A stretch of 64,000 nucleotides of DNA from a virus: positions 32,001-96,000 of the IMG/VR virus record IMGVR_UViG_3300010354_000044. The stretch is one strand, 5' to 3'. The notes under the pieces were generated by a model. The model saw nothing but the letters and a program-made list of their open reading frames with translations. It had not been told where the DNA came from and searched no databases. The translations under genes were made by a program, and so were the position numbers. This document shows, piece by piece, positions 20,634 to 30,336 of this stretch (position 1 is the stretch's first letter; each line of letters starts with the position of its first letter).

Positions 20634-21238
20634 TGCCTGCAGGACACCTTCCGGCTAGAGATGCCAATAATCAAATTATTTATATTAAAAGCACTAAAGC
20701 TAACTCACAAGCAGAACCGGCGCTTAGTCAGGAAGATGTAGTAACAGCTTTAGGTCTTGAAACTAATACTAGCGCCCCGGCTAGTGATACGGCTGCTGCT
20801 AGTTTAAACGGGCGTTTAGTCCGGCTAGCGCAGCAGTTTACGACTTTGCTGAGCCTCTTGCCGGCATCACTAGGGCAAAAAACGAGCGCGGCTAGCCTTC
20901 CAGTAGTAATAGCGAGCAATCAACCAAGTCAGCCCGTAACAATGACTCCTATTACATTGTCGTCGGTATCAGGCGACCAGACGATCGTTTCCCCAACTGC
21001 TGGCAAGGCCTTACGTATCTATAGCATTGTATTAAGTAACCCTTCTGCAGCGACTAGTTTCATACTGAAATCTGGTACAGCCGCTCAAGGTCAGACAACT
21101 CTTAGCAGTACAATAGTTGCCCACGATTATGCTGGAGATTTTAAACATCCCTTGGGTCTGCTTGCAGACCGGAGCCTTGTTATTAATCTGCCGGTTAGTG
21201 GTTCCCTTAGTGGTTATGTCACCTGGAGGGAAGAGTGA
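20633..21238 (+). CDS. Virion structural protein
   Basis: SLGQKTSAASLPVVIASNQ motif; N-terminus resembles the 15633 gene. Confidence 0.5.
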   Translation: MPAGHLPARDANNQIIYIKSTKANSQAEPALSQEDVVTALGLETNTSAPASDTAAASLNGRLVRLAQQFTTLLSLLPASLGQKTSAASLPVVIASNQPSQPVTMTPITLSSVSGDQTIVSPTAGKALRIYSIVLSNPSAATSFILKSGTAAQGQTTLSSTIVAHDYAGDFKHPLGLLADRSLVINLPVSGSLSGYVTWREE

Positions 21239-21612
21239 GTTCTATTCAAAGTCAAACATTTGGGGGCACCTTTATTAACATGGGAGTACAAGGTATTGGG
21301 CCCACCTCGCCCCTTAACAGTATTACACCCGTAACTACTCATTCACTTTATGTGCAAAGGACTACAAGCTTAGCTGACCCTCAAGGAGCCCGAGAAGTTC
21401 TTTGGGTTGCAGCAGGGGCGACATCAGCTGGGTGGGTTGTAGCCTCCGCTACACCTATTCGGCGATATAGCGTTAATAACCCTGCCGGGACAGTGATAGC
21501 TGACTTTGTAGGGCAGTCTTTGATTAATTACTCTATAGACGAATACGGGAACTCAAGCACCGCAACCCTTTATATATCTGGGAGTGGGAGTACCTCATGG
21601 TATGCCGTATAG
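21235..21612 (+). CDS. Small structural protein
   Basis: N-terminus MSSIQSQTF nearly identical to that of the 22554 gene. Confidence 0.45.
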   Translation: MSSIQSQTFGGTFINMGVQGIGPTSPLNSITPVTTHSLYVQRTTSLADPQGAREVLWVAAGATSAGWVVASATPIRRYSVNNPAGTVIADFVGQSLINYSIDEYGNSSTATLYISGSGSTSWYAV

Positions 21613-22511
21613 CATTTCTTCGGCCTCCATTAGTAGACAACCGCGTGGCTGGCCGACATATCTCAACCCTAGAGCTTGTCAAAGGTCTAAGAAGTATTGG
21701 TGTTAACGCCGTTTACACACATAACCTAAAGGCCAAGGCAGACTACTATGCCGTTGACTGTTTAGAAGATATCCGATGGCTGCCCGATGTAGCTCCAGCC
21801 AGGCGAATTGCTTGGATTAGGCGTGATGTCTATAAGCAGGTACAACGTCCTGTTATTGAAGGTGTTGGGCATTTATTCGCAAGCAGCCAGTTTGTCGCCC
21901 GGGCGTGGAAAGAGTACCCAGTGACAGTCCTACCCGATGCCGTATATCTACCCGCTTGGATACGTCCTCATGTTCGCCACCGTTTACTCTACGTTGGCAG
22001 GGTCTGCCGAAGTAAAGGTATACCCTTATTACTCCAAGCTATGAAGTTCCTGAATTATCGTTGGCATCTAACAATAGCTGGGCCGATTCTTGCAGATTTT
22101 GGCCCAATGGTAGAAAACTATAATATTAAATATCATGTTAAATTTACCGGGGAGCTGCCTTACTGGCGCATTGGTCAGTTATACCGGCAAGCAGAATGTG
22201 TCATAGTCCCGAGCCATAATGAGCCCTTTGGCCGCGCTGTTGTTGAGTCTTGGGCAAATGGATCTACCCCGATCGCTATCGCTGGTAGTGGGGGCCCAGA
22301 GGAAACGCTACAGCAGGTTTCATTAGCAAAGTTCCCTTATTTAGTTCCGCATAACCCTAAGCAGATTGCTAAAGCTATTCGCTGGGTAACCGAGTCTGAT
22401 GGCGATGGTATCCCCTATCGTCTTGATTATGAACACTGCCGAGAACTGGCTAAACCTTATGATAGGCGGTCTATTGCTAAACAATTTATGGAGCATTTAA
22501 CTAATGCTTAG
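21597..22511 (+). CDS. Glycosyltransferase family 4 (GT-B)
   Basis: LLYVGRVCRSKG, PSHNEPFGRAVVES (E-x7-E), GGPEE. Confidence 0.85.
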   Translation: MVCRIAFLRPPLVDNRVAGRHISTLELVKGLRSIGVNAVYTHNLKAKADYYAVDCLEDIRWLPDVAPARRIAWIRRDVYKQVQRPVIEGVGHLFASSQFVARAWKEYPVTVLPDAVYLPAWIRPHVRHRLLYVGRVCRSKGIPLLLQAMKFLNYRWHLTIAGPILADFGPMVENYNIKYHVKFTGELPYWRIGQLYRQAECVIVPSHNEPFGRAVVESWANGSTPIAIAGSGGPEETLQQVSLAKFPYLVPHNPKQIAKAIRWVTESDGDGIPYRLDYEHCRELAKPYDRRSIAKQFMEHLTNA

Positions 22512-22553
22512 TAGTTATTTGCTTGTTACCTACCTTGTCTGGAGAGTACGTCG

Positions 22554-23411
22554 GTGAGTTACATTCAAAGTCAGACATTCTTACCTTCCGGCGGTGGCTT
22601 TAGCTTTAAGTACACCTTCAGCGATAGCACCAGCAGCGGGCCATCGGCGGGGCAGGTGCGGCTCAATAATGCAGCCTCCGCCAGCGCTACTCAAATATTT
22701 ATCAGCGAGACAGACCGCAACAGCAAAAATATGGCAGCCTTGCTGGACTTGGTTGCCGCCAATACTGGCTTGTTGTTGACCAGCGAGGCGGACCCTAGCC
22801 GGTACGCTTACTATGTTGTCACTGGCAGCACCGACAATAGTAGCGATCGCACCTTGGCGGTAACCCATGTGGCCAGCAGTAGCACGCTGACTGGGAACGT
22901 GACCATATCCGTTGCTGGGGGTGGTGGGGGTAGTGGTGGTGCCTCATTGACGCTAACAGAGCAAGCGCAGATCCCAAGCACAAGCGGTGATGAAATCAAG
23001 TTAGCCAACGTCAGTAATAACTTTCAATGGCGGTTAGAAAGCAACGGTCTTACCTACACCGCAGCCGCTACCAACCGAAGCCAGTCCTATACTGGAGCTC
23101 AGACAGTTTCGAGCATCAGTTTAATAGACACATTTACTATTAGTACAAACGCGAGTCAAGGGAACGTTTTTACTGTTACATTATTTGGAAATAGAACATT
23201 AGGAGCTCCCACTAATCTACAGGCTGGGGGAACCTATTTATGGATCATAACTCAAGGAAGTAGTTCCAGAACTCTGCAATATAATTCAATATTTAAATTC
23301 CCTAACGGTTTAGTGCCTGAATTAAGTACTGCAGCTAACGCAATTGATGTTCTGACCTGTGTATATAACGGGACTGCCTTATTGTGTAACTTAGTTAAGG
23401 ACTTTAGGTAA
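22554..23411 (+). CDS. Tail fibre-like protein
   Basis: Ser/Thr/Gly-rich; C-terminal FTVTL.GNRTL..P...ITQG...LST.ANAIDVL domain common in fibres. Confidence 0.6.
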   Translation: MSYIQSQTFLPSGGGFSFKYTFSDSTSSGPSAGQVRLNNAASASATQIFISETDRNSKNMAALLDLVAANTGLLLTSEADPSRYAYYVVTGSTDNSSDRTLAVTHVASSSTLTGNVTISVAGGGGGSGGASLTLTEQAQIPSTSGDEIKLANVSNNFQWRLESNGLTYTAAATNRSQSYTGAQTVSSISLIDTFTISTNASQGNVFTVTLFGNRTLGAPTNLQAGGTYLWIITQGSSSRTLQYNSIFKFPNGLVPELSTAANAIDVLTCVYNGTALLCNLVKDFR

Positions 23412-25948
23412 TGTTTACGTTCCCTACTGGATTATTTGCAGGGGCCCGTCCCGACTACGGAGACAACCTAGCTTTAATTGTTGAGACGGATAATATACCA
23501 TTTTCCAGTGGCAGTCCATCAACAAGTGTACAATTTAGGTTACCTTTAGCATTTCAAACCAGTTACAATTTTACTATTGATTGGGGGGATGCCGTTGTAG
23601 AAACTATTGTAACAAGTGGTATAAGCTCACAACCGGTTCATACCTACCCTAGTGCGGGTGTTTATACTATAAAAATTAGAGAAAACGTTACTAATGGATT
23701 TCCTACGTTAAGGTTTACTAATACTGGTGACCGATTTAAATTAATTGAACTTGCTAATTGGGGTAACTGTACCTGGACTACATTTGAATCAGCGTTTTAC
23801 GGGTGTGCAAACCTCGTCATTACTGCTTTAGATAGCCTAACAGCAAAAACAGGACTCGTTACAAGTTTTAGAGACGCGTGGAGGGGGTGTACTAATTTAA
23901 GAACATTTCCGAATATTGATGTATCAAGTGGTACAAACTTTAGAGATGCTTGGTCCGGTTGTAATAAATTAATTGAATTTCCTGCTCTTAATTTTGTCTC
24001 AGGGGTAGACTTTAGGGGTACTTGGTGGGGTTGTCGGGGATTAACTACATTTCCAACTGTTAATTTTCCGGCAGGGGTGGATTTTAGTAATGCTTGGTAC
24101 GATTGTCAAGGTCTACTCAACTTTCCGAATATTTCGTTTCCAGTGGCAACTGTGTTTACCGCAGCCTGGAAATTTTGCTCTAATCTAGTTAGCTTTCCAA
24201 TCACTGATTTTCCGTCTGGTATATTATTTACTGAAGCTTGGAGTCATTGTTATTTCTTAAGCAGTTTCCCGTCTGCTAACTTCCCAAATGCTACTGATTT
24301 TAAGTATGCATGGTATAGTTGCTATAGATTACAGAGCTTTCTTACCACTAATTTTCCTGCCGCTATAGATTTTAACCGGGCATGGGCTTATTGTGGTCTC
24401 TTGCCAGACTTTCCTCTTATAAATGTACCTAACGCTTCGGGTTTTCAATTAACATGGTTCAACTGCACTAGTTTAACTACTTTCCCGCCCATTAGCTTTC
24501 CTAAAGGTACTGAATTCTCCAACGCTTGGGGTGGTTGTACTGGACTAACGAGCTTTCCTGCCCTTAACTTTCCAGTTGCCACAAATCTTGCCGGCGCATG
24601 GTCTGAGTGTACTAGCCTAACTAGTTTTCCTGTTATTACAGCTCCATTAGCTACTACATTTAATTATGCCTGGGCAGATTGCAGCAGCCTAACCAGCTTT
24701 CCCATTATCGAGTTTCCTCAAGCGACTATCCTTTCACGCGCTTGGCTTAACTGCACTAGTTTAACTACTTTTCCAACTCTTAACTTTCCTGTAGCTACCG
24801 ATTTTGTAGAGACGTGGAGAAACTGTAGTAGTTTAGCAACGTTTCCACTTATTAGTTTCCCAGCGGCTATAAGTTTCTACAGAGCATGGAGTCTCTGTAC
24901 TAGCCTTACAACCTTTCCCGCAATTGATTTCGCTACAGCTACGAGTCTTGATGAGGCGTGGGCAGGATGCACAAGATTAACAAGTTTCCCTCTAATTAAT
25001 ACCCCTAATGTTAGTGGCTTTAGTAGTACATGGGTTGACTGCACAGGTCTAAACAACATTGACTTTCCACTTATTAACATGGGAGTTATGATATCCGGAT
25101 ATGACTGCTTCACCGGCGTCAGTCTATCAACCCAGTCCTACTCCAATTTGTTAATTGACATTAACACTAGAAATAGCCGATCAAATGTTAGCTTTGATGC
25201 CGGCGGCAGCACGTACAATACGAACGCAGCTACCGCCCGCGCTGCTTTAGTCTCCCGTGGGTGGTTGATAACTGACGGAGGGCCTATTGATCCAGATCCT
25301 TTTTATGACAATGTTTCGTTGCTATTGCTTGGAAATGGTACTAACAATCTAGCTAATTTCAGAGATTCAGGGCCGGCGCGTAGATCCGTGACCGTATCCA
25401 GCGGGAATCCAGTAATTACTACCTCTCAATTCAAATATGGCAATGGGTCTATAACCGGCGGTAGGATTGAAGTCCCGTATAGCCCCGCCTTTGATTGGGG
25501 GACTGGAGACTTTACCATTGAATTTTGGTTCAGATGGAGCGGAACGCTCAGTTCTGAGTTTAGGTTCTGCGTAGGCGGTACTCCTCCCTGTTTCGGCTTT
25601 GGAAGTAGAAGCTCTGGAGGCCGTGTCATCGGCCTAGTTCAAGAAAATGTGGCGTGGGATGTTGAGATCCCATGGACTCCAGTAGGGTCAGGTACTTGGT
25701 TCCATCTTGCCCTAGTTAGGGCAAATGGTGTTGTAACTATCTTCCAGAATGGCGTAAGTATCGGATCTCAGGCTAATACCCGAAACTGGACTATGAACAA
25801 CAGTGTATTTGTTATAATGCCTGATACGCTCATAGCCTCTAGCGGCGCCTGGTTTGATGACTTCAGAGCAACCGAAGGCGTAGCCCGGTACACGTCAAAC
25901 TTTACACCACCGAGTACAGAGTTACCCGACGAGGGTGATTTACCTTAG
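23411..25948 (+). CDS. Adhesin/receptor-binding protein: PKD-like, DUF285/BspA-like 22-aa repeats, LamG domain
   Basis: FTIDWGD...HTY..AGVYTIKI; ~18 repeats FP..F...T.F..AW..CTSLT; GDFTIEFW...WFHLALVR...FDDFRATEGVARY. Confidence 0.7.
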   Translation: MFTFPTGLFAGARPDYGDNLALIVETDNIPFSSGSPSTSVQFRLPLAFQTSYNFTIDWGDAVVETIVTSGISSQPVHTYPSAGVYTIKIRENVTNGFPTLRFTNTGDRFKLIELANWGNCTWTTFESAFYGCANLVITALDSLTAKTGLVTSFRDAWRGCTNLRTFPNIDVSSGTNFRDAWSGCNKLIEFPALNFVSGVDFRGTWWGCRGLTTFPTVNFPAGVDFSNAWYDCQGLLNFPNISFPVATVFTAAWKFCSNLVSFPITDFPSGILFTEAWSHCYFLSSFPSANFPNATDFKYAWYSCYRLQSFLTTNFPAAIDFNRAWAYCGLLPDFPLINVPNASGFQLTWFNCTSLTTFPPISFPKGTEFSNAWGGCTGLTSFPALNFPVATNLAGAWSECTSLTSFPVITAPLATTFNYAWADCSSLTSFPIIEFPQATILSRAWLNCTSLTTFPTLNFPVATDFVETWRNCSSLATFPLISFPAAISFYRAWSLCTSLTTFPAIDFATATSLDEAWAGCTRLTSFPLINTPNVSGFSSTWVDCTGLNNIDFPLINMGVMISGYDCFTGVSLSTQSYSNLLIDINTRNSRSNVSFDAGGSTYNTNAATARAALVSRGWLITDGGPIDPDPFYDNVSLLLLGNGTNNLANFRDSGPARRSVTVSSGNPVITTSQFKYGNGSITGGRIEVPYSPAFDWGTGDFTIEFWFRWSGTLSSEFRFCVGGTPPCFGFGSRSSGGRVIGLVQENVAWDVEIPWTPVGSGTWFHLALVRANGVVTIFQNGVSIGSQANTRNWTMNNSVFVIMPDTLIASSGAWFDDFRATEGVARYTSNFTPPSTELPDEGDLP

Positions 25949-26250
25949 GTAAGGCCAATCCTATCGTCTATGGCCTGCAGTAATGTATAGAGCACTGAAA
26001 GCTGGTTTATCTCAAACGGAGTTAGGCCGCGATCGTACATCGCCCTAATCTGATGAATGACGAGGTCTAGCCGTTGCATCGTATAGAATTCAATCAAAAG
26101 CTGAACAGCCAGATCCTGCGTTAGGCCATGGGTCTCGGATAACTGCTTGAGGGCTGTGAACGTAGGGCTGGTGAGTGCCAGTCGGTCATACTCGTACCTA
26201 CCGTTTGTCTTGCTTCTTGCTAACCGCTGTGGTTTTCCTGTTGCAGCCAT
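25945..26250 (-). CDS. Small putative DNA-binding protein (RHH-like)
   Basis: RLALTSPTFTALKQLSETHGLTQDLAVQLLIEFY. Confidence 0.4.
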   Translation of the reverse strand: MAATGKPQRLARSKTNGRYEYDRLALTSPTFTALKQLSETHGLTQDLAVQLLIEFYTMQRLDLVIHQIRAMYDRGLTPFEINQLSVLYTLLQAIDDRIGLT

Positions 26251-26462
26251 ACTTGCTCCTCCTCTTCTTCAGTTCCTACAAAAGACTCATCGCAGTTTAA
26301 ATAAACATTCCTACCATCTATACGAATATCACCGGCGCTTTTAATGGTTATATGCGCACGGTCTATGATTATCTGTGTAGAGCTATTTTGTATGCAAAGT
26401 GTATGCTTATGTACGCGCACATAGTCTAATAAACGCCACAATCTTATTACTTTCTGTATCAT
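26220..26462 (-). CDS. Small baseplate spike-like protein (gpV/gp5 C-terminal-like)
   Basis: ITIKSAGDIRIDGRNVYLN beta-helix-like repeat next to PAAR. Confidence 0.45.
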   Translation of the reverse strand: MIQKVIRLWRLLDYVRVHKHTLCIQNSSTQIIIDRAHITIKSAGDIRIDGRNVYLNCDESFVGTEEEEEQVWLQQENHSG

Positions 26463-26471
26463 GTTATATGC

Positions 26472-26726
26472 TTATTGTACAAAAACTGTATTAGAGCCTT
26501 GGATGCAAACGCCGCCCCCACTATTCCTATCCATCTTCCGATGCGCCCGCCGACCTTCTATGTAAACCCGGCTTGATCCTGTGGTAGCTACAAAGCGCAC
26601 AAGCCTATCGCCTACCGTAGCCGCTTTGCGGTTATTGACAAAGGTGCGTTTGCTTCTGCATCGGGTAATAGGTCTAATCCCGCGCCAGGTTACCTCTAGG
26701 TCCCCTAATCTAGCTTGTGGTTTCAT
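26472..26726 (-). CDS. PAAR-family spike tip protein
   Basis: QARLGD, TFVNNRKAATVGD, GSSRVYIEGRRAHRKMD, GSNTVFV. Confidence 0.85.
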   Translation of the reverse strand: MKPQARLGDLEVTWRGIRPITRCRSKRTFVNNRKAATVGDRLVRFVATTGSSRVYIEGRRAHRKMDRNSGGGVCIQGSNTVFVQ

Positions 26727-27546
26727 TTTGTATAGGTTGGTATAGAGTATTATCAATTAGATTTTGAAGGGCTATTGATTTACATTCCTCAATTAGCCGA
26801 CTCTCTAGGCTGAGATCAATGGTAGGGATATCTCGGTGCTCATAGTTATCCAAATCAGCGGACCAATAGTCTCCTATCTCTTGATCCGTTGCCAAGGTCT
26901 GAATAGATGTTAGGGCAAATTGTTCTACGGTCTGCGTCGTTTGGGTAACTCCGTAAATAACCCTATTAGGTAATTTCCGGATAGTCGCTAGACTCAAGGG
27001 TCTATAGAGGGCTATGTTTGCAGGCGTCTCCTGGGCTGGTACAGTATCACTTAGTAACGTCCGCCTGCGCTGCTCTGCTAGGATAGCCTCTTTTTCGTCT
27101 GCATAGGGCTGTCCAGAATACCCAAAAGAGTAATGCTTTAAGTTTAGTGTCTGACTCTCATAGACAACATCAGTATCTGCCCAGAGTTCGTTAAGCCCTC
27201 GCCCATTAACCCTTCCTGTGTAGGCTTCTTCAATTAAACTCTCGGGCGCGGTAATAGGTTCAGTAAATACAGAGGCACTGCTTGTAAAATAAAATAGCCG
27301 AATATCTAAGTTACCAATGTTTAGAGTTAATTTAGGAATAAACGGTCTATTGGCTAAGCGATCGTAGGATTGGATTCGGACGATAGCGCCCTGCTCAAGA
27401 CGGAGTTCAAACTGCATCTGCTGGTATACTAACCCCCCGCCATATTGCTCTTGTTGGCTATACAGCGGGCGGGCTAAGTCCGGCAGATTCAAGTCCTTGG
27501 TTACAATAATCATATAGAAATATCTGCGGTACTTTGGGTTTAGCAC
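26710..27546 (-). CDS. Hypothetical protein (start may be 27513)
   Basis: Long ORF overlapping the PAAR start. Confidence 0.5.
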   Translation of the reverse strand: MLNPKYRRYFYMIIVTKDLNLPDLARPLYSQQEQYGGGLVYQQMQFELRLEQGAIVRIQSYDRLANRPFIPKLTLNIGNLDIRLFYFTSSASVFTEPITAPESLIEEAYTGRVNGRGLNELWADTDVVYESQTLNLKHYSFGYSGQPYADEKEAILAEQRRRTLLSDTVPAQETPANIALYRPLSLATIRKLPNRVIYGVTQTTQTVEQFALTSIQTLATDQEIGDYWSADLDNYEHRDIPTIDLSLESRLIEECKSIALQNLIDNTLYQPIQNETTS

Positions 27547-27572
27547 CGCAGATATAACGCAGACTATCCAAC

Positions 27573-27887
27573 TCAGAAGTCTAATTCCTGAGCCGCTGGA
27601 AGTGTAACCCCCTTGGAGGCCTTTACGGACTTATCCGCAACAGGCCTTGGCGTCTCTTTTACTACCGGCTCTTGTATAGCAACGGTGCTGCTGCGCGATC
27701 GCTCCACCGCGGCGTTAGTAGGAGGGGCTGTTGACTGAGGTTTATCTAAATAATCCCACGAGACCGTAAGCATAAACTCAAAGACATCGGCCCAGTTTAG
27801 CCTGGCGCGGCGCCTGTTTTCTTGCAGCCGGGTTTTTAATGCTTTTAAACCCTCTACAATCTTTAGGTCCGATATCCTATAGTTCAT
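27573..27887 (-). CDS. ParR-like adaptor/DNA-binding protein
   Basis: Coupled downstream of the actin-like gene (ATGA overlap); disordered tail ending ELDF. Confidence 0.5.
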   Translation of the reverse strand: MNYRISDLKIVEGLKALKTRLQENRRRARLNWADVFEFMLTVSWDYLDKPQSTAPPTNAAVERSRSSTVAIQEPVVKETPRPVADKSVKASKGVTLPAAQELDF

Positions 27888-28972
27888 CCTACCATGACTC
27901 CTACGCGCTGGTTGCTTAGCCTATACAGGGCATGTACATTGCTGAGCTCGGGTTGATCAGGGATATAGATTTCAAAATTCTTCAAAGGGGCGCGCAGAAT
28001 GTTAGCTCCACCGCCGAAGAACATAATACCACTCATCCCTTCACTGCCCGTAGAACCTTTAAATCTATTACTGCACTTAGACTGAATCTCTAGATAATAC
28101 GAGCGAGCTACTTTCCTAAAGATATCAGAAAAGTCAAAGCGCTGATTATTATCCAAGGGGTACTCATATCGCGGTTTGCCGTCATGGCCAATCACCGGGC
28201 GGCATAAAGCATCCATAATAATACCAGAATTGGGAATACCAGTTACTGCATTACGAAATTCTGGGTTATCTGCCAATTGGCTTGTAATAGCGACTACGCC
28301 CGCCAAGGGTGAGCCATTAGAGCCATTATAAGATTCGCGGTCTAGTAGGGTGTTGTCACTATCTAAGGTCACCATCTCAACGGTGCCCCCGCCAATATCC
28401 ACACCTAAAACAGTTCCATATTCCGATAGGTAACCATCTTCCCGCGCAAATACAACAGCATCTAAGCCCTCCGGGCGGCAAACCTTAGGCTTAATAGCAA
28501 CCGTCATATCATAGGCGCCGCTATGGTCCGTATAGGTATACCGGAAAGTCCGCGCGAGGGCCCGCTCCAATCGCTCAGCGACGGTCATCGTAATCTCTTC
28601 ACCCACGTCATCGCGCCCGCGGCAAATTAAACTAGGTTCAGGAAGACTCCAATAAAGTTCTACCTCATAGGAGCAGACTCGCTTACTTAAAGGCCCTAGT
28701 GTAGATAAAACCATAGGCACATAATTTTCAGGCTCAAGCTTGTTTAAGTCCATCAGCTCATGGGCCGCCGCCCCATACTTACGAGCCTGATGCCCAATAT
28801 GCCACGCCCCATATTCATTAGATTCAATAATTACATTATCTGGCTTTACTTCAATCCGGCGGCCAATTAGCTGAGCCATAACTGACTTGCGAGTCCTCGG
28901 CGCCGTCTCATCATCACGTAGTCCATAAGTTGTGTAATTACCAACGTCAATAGCTTGACTAATCGTAGGCAT
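27884..28972 (-). CDS. parM: ParM/StbA-family actin-like ATPase
   Basis: Phosphate-1 AIDVGNYTT, RPEG, phosphate-2 GVDIGGGT, adenosine FFGGGA, PELSNV. Confidence 0.85.
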   Translation of the reverse strand: MPTISQAIDVGNYTTYGLRDDETAPRTRKSVMAQLIGRRIEVKPDNVIIESNEYGAWHIGHQARKYGAAAHELMDLNKLEPENYVPMVLSTLGPLSKRVCSYEVELYWSLPEPSLICRGRDDVGEEITMTVAERLERALARTFRYTYTDHSGAYDMTVAIKPKVCRPEGLDAVVFAREDGYLSEYGTVLGVDIGGGTVEMVTLDSDNTLLDRESYNGSNGSPLAGVVAITSQLADNPEFRNAVTGIPNSGIIMDALCRPVIGHDGKPRYEYPLDNNQRFDFSDIFRKVARSYYLEIQSKCSNRFKGSTGSEGMSGIMFFGGGANILRAPLKNFEIYIPDQPELSNVHALYRLSNQRVGVMVG

Positions 28973-29055
28973 ATATATATATAACTGAATTCGACTTATT
29001 AGAGTATACCTAAATTACCTAAAACTTGCACCTTACTTACATACAAAACTCACCC

Positions 29056-29078
29056 AGCCGCTCTTGAGCGGCTTTTTT
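29056..29078 (+). terminator. Intrinsic terminator-like hairpin
   Basis: AGCCGCTC-TT-GAGCGGCT followed by a T tract. Confidence 0.55.
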
Positions 29079-29397
29079 ATTTGTACTTGCCCAACTTGTA
29101 TGGGTACAAATTTCCAGCATTAACCCTACAAAGAGAGATGGCTGCGACCAGCAGGGTAAAGGGGCAAAGGAGTAAAGCTAGTTGCACTCTTACAACTACC
29201 GAGGAATCGTCGGTAGTTAACCCCCCATCTGCTGGTAAAGGAGGGTGGAGTAAAGAGATTAAAAAGACTAAAGAGACTAAGTATAAATACCTAGAAGGCG
29301 CTATAGCGAAAAAATGGCGCGGATTTTAAGTGGGTAGTTATGGGTCTAATGGACATCCCCCCTCGGGTGTGGAATGAGAAATGAAGACCTGCTTCAA

Positions 29398-29485
29398 AAG
29401 ACCTTGCCGAGTGGTCTTAAAAAATGCTCGGACGGTTTGCCTAGTCCGCTAAAGCTAGGTTGCTGTCGATTCCCAAGGAGGGAAT
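29398..29485 (+). ncRNA. Structured leader: pseudoknot PK1 + pseudoknot PK3 + SD hairpin
   Basis: Covarying copy of the motifs at 32211, 32657 and 33325. Confidence 0.65.
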
Positions 29486-29668
29486 ATGTCTAAAGTAACT
29501 CTAACTGCCGCAACTCTCGTAGTCCTTCTAGGGCTAGGAGGTTGTATGGAGCAGGAGTCTAGCTCCTGCTCGGTCAACGAGCAGGGGGCAGTAGTGAGCG
29601 AGGGGCACGACTGCCCCTCCTCCCATGACCGATTCCCCCGGCGCCGCCAAGGGCCTGGGACCTGGTAA
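29486..29668 (+). CDS. Small lipoprotein
   Basis: AAGGAGG RBS; signal peptide with LGGC lipobox. Confidence 0.6.
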   Translation: MSKVTLTAATLVVLLGLGGCMEQESSSCSVNEQGAVVSEGHDCPSSHDRFPRRRQGPGTW

Positions 29669-29673
29669 CTAAG

Positions 29674-29859
29674 ATGACCTACTACAGGGGTCATTAAATA
29701 AGCTGTAGTTCCCTACCCTGGTGGGCTTGGTGCGGTCCGATTCCGCACTAGGGTTTTGCCTTGAATTTCTTTCTCCAAGGATATTCACACAGGTACTTAG
29801 AGTACAGGCGAAATCTTGTGTATGGATGCCTTTATGCCTACACAAGCTAGGAGAAAAAG
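29674..29859 (+). ncRNA. Structured leader: PK1 + tRNA-like element + 3-way junction/anti-SD module
   Basis: Near-copies at 31504-31685 and 30739-30885 with compensatory changes. Confidence 0.7.
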
Positions 29860-30189
29860 ATGGATTTCAACTTCGTTGACTATAACGGTGCCGACCTCGC
29901 TGGTGAAGACCTCACCGGCGCCAACCTCGTCTGCGCCAACCTTAGCGGCGCCGACCTTACCGGTGCCGACCTCAGCGGTGCCGACCTCGGCGGCGCCAAC
30001 TTTGACGGTGCCAACCTCACCGGCGCCAACCTCACCGGTGCTGACCTCTTTGACACTGTCATCACTAACGCGAACTTTAGCGGTGCTAACCTCAGCGGTG
30101 CTAACCTTAGCCTCGTTGATTTTATTAACTGCAATCTGGTTGGCACCAATTTCGCCGGTGCCAACCTCTACGGCCTCCGCGTTAGCTAA
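29860..30189 (+). CDS. Pentapeptide repeat protein
   Basis: A(D/N)LxG repeats throughout; AGGAGA RBS. Confidence 0.9.
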   Translation: MDFNFVDYNGADLAGEDLTGANLVCANLSGADLTGADLSGADLGGANFDGANLTGANLTGADLFDTVITNANFSGANLSGANLSLVDFINCNLVGTNFAGANLYGLRVS

Positions 30190-30195
30190 CTAAAC

Positions 30196-30336
30196 GACCT
30201 ACTACAGGGGTCACTAAATAAGCTGTAGTGCCCTACACCCAATACAAGGGGGTGCCTGGTAGGTTCGACTCCTACCTAGGGTCTGTCAACAATGCTCTTC
30301 GTTTTGTTGACGATTTTTTAACCATAAGGAGGAAAT
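30196..30336 (+). ncRNA. Structured leader: PK1 + tRNA-like element + terminator-like hairpin
   Basis: GGTAGG-TTCGACT-CCTACC T-arm; TGTCAACAA/TTGTTGACG stem followed by a T tract. Confidence 0.65.

Noticed and set aside
29081-29329. 82-aa ORF in the divergent intergenic region
   Set aside because: TTG start without RBS and low-complexity product; likely non-coding control region
29800-29855. SAM-V or glutamine riboswitch identity for the AGGCG module
   Set aside because: Only the first few bases resemble SAM-V; the U-rich loop, A-rich 3' tail and glnA core are absent
29816-30193. Alternative-frame and antisense ORFs over pentapeptide, Gly-rich and giant genes
   Set aside because: Shadow ORFs caused by repetitive codon patterns; upstream extensions of 30844, 32687 and 33363 run through RNA leaders and precede the real RBS
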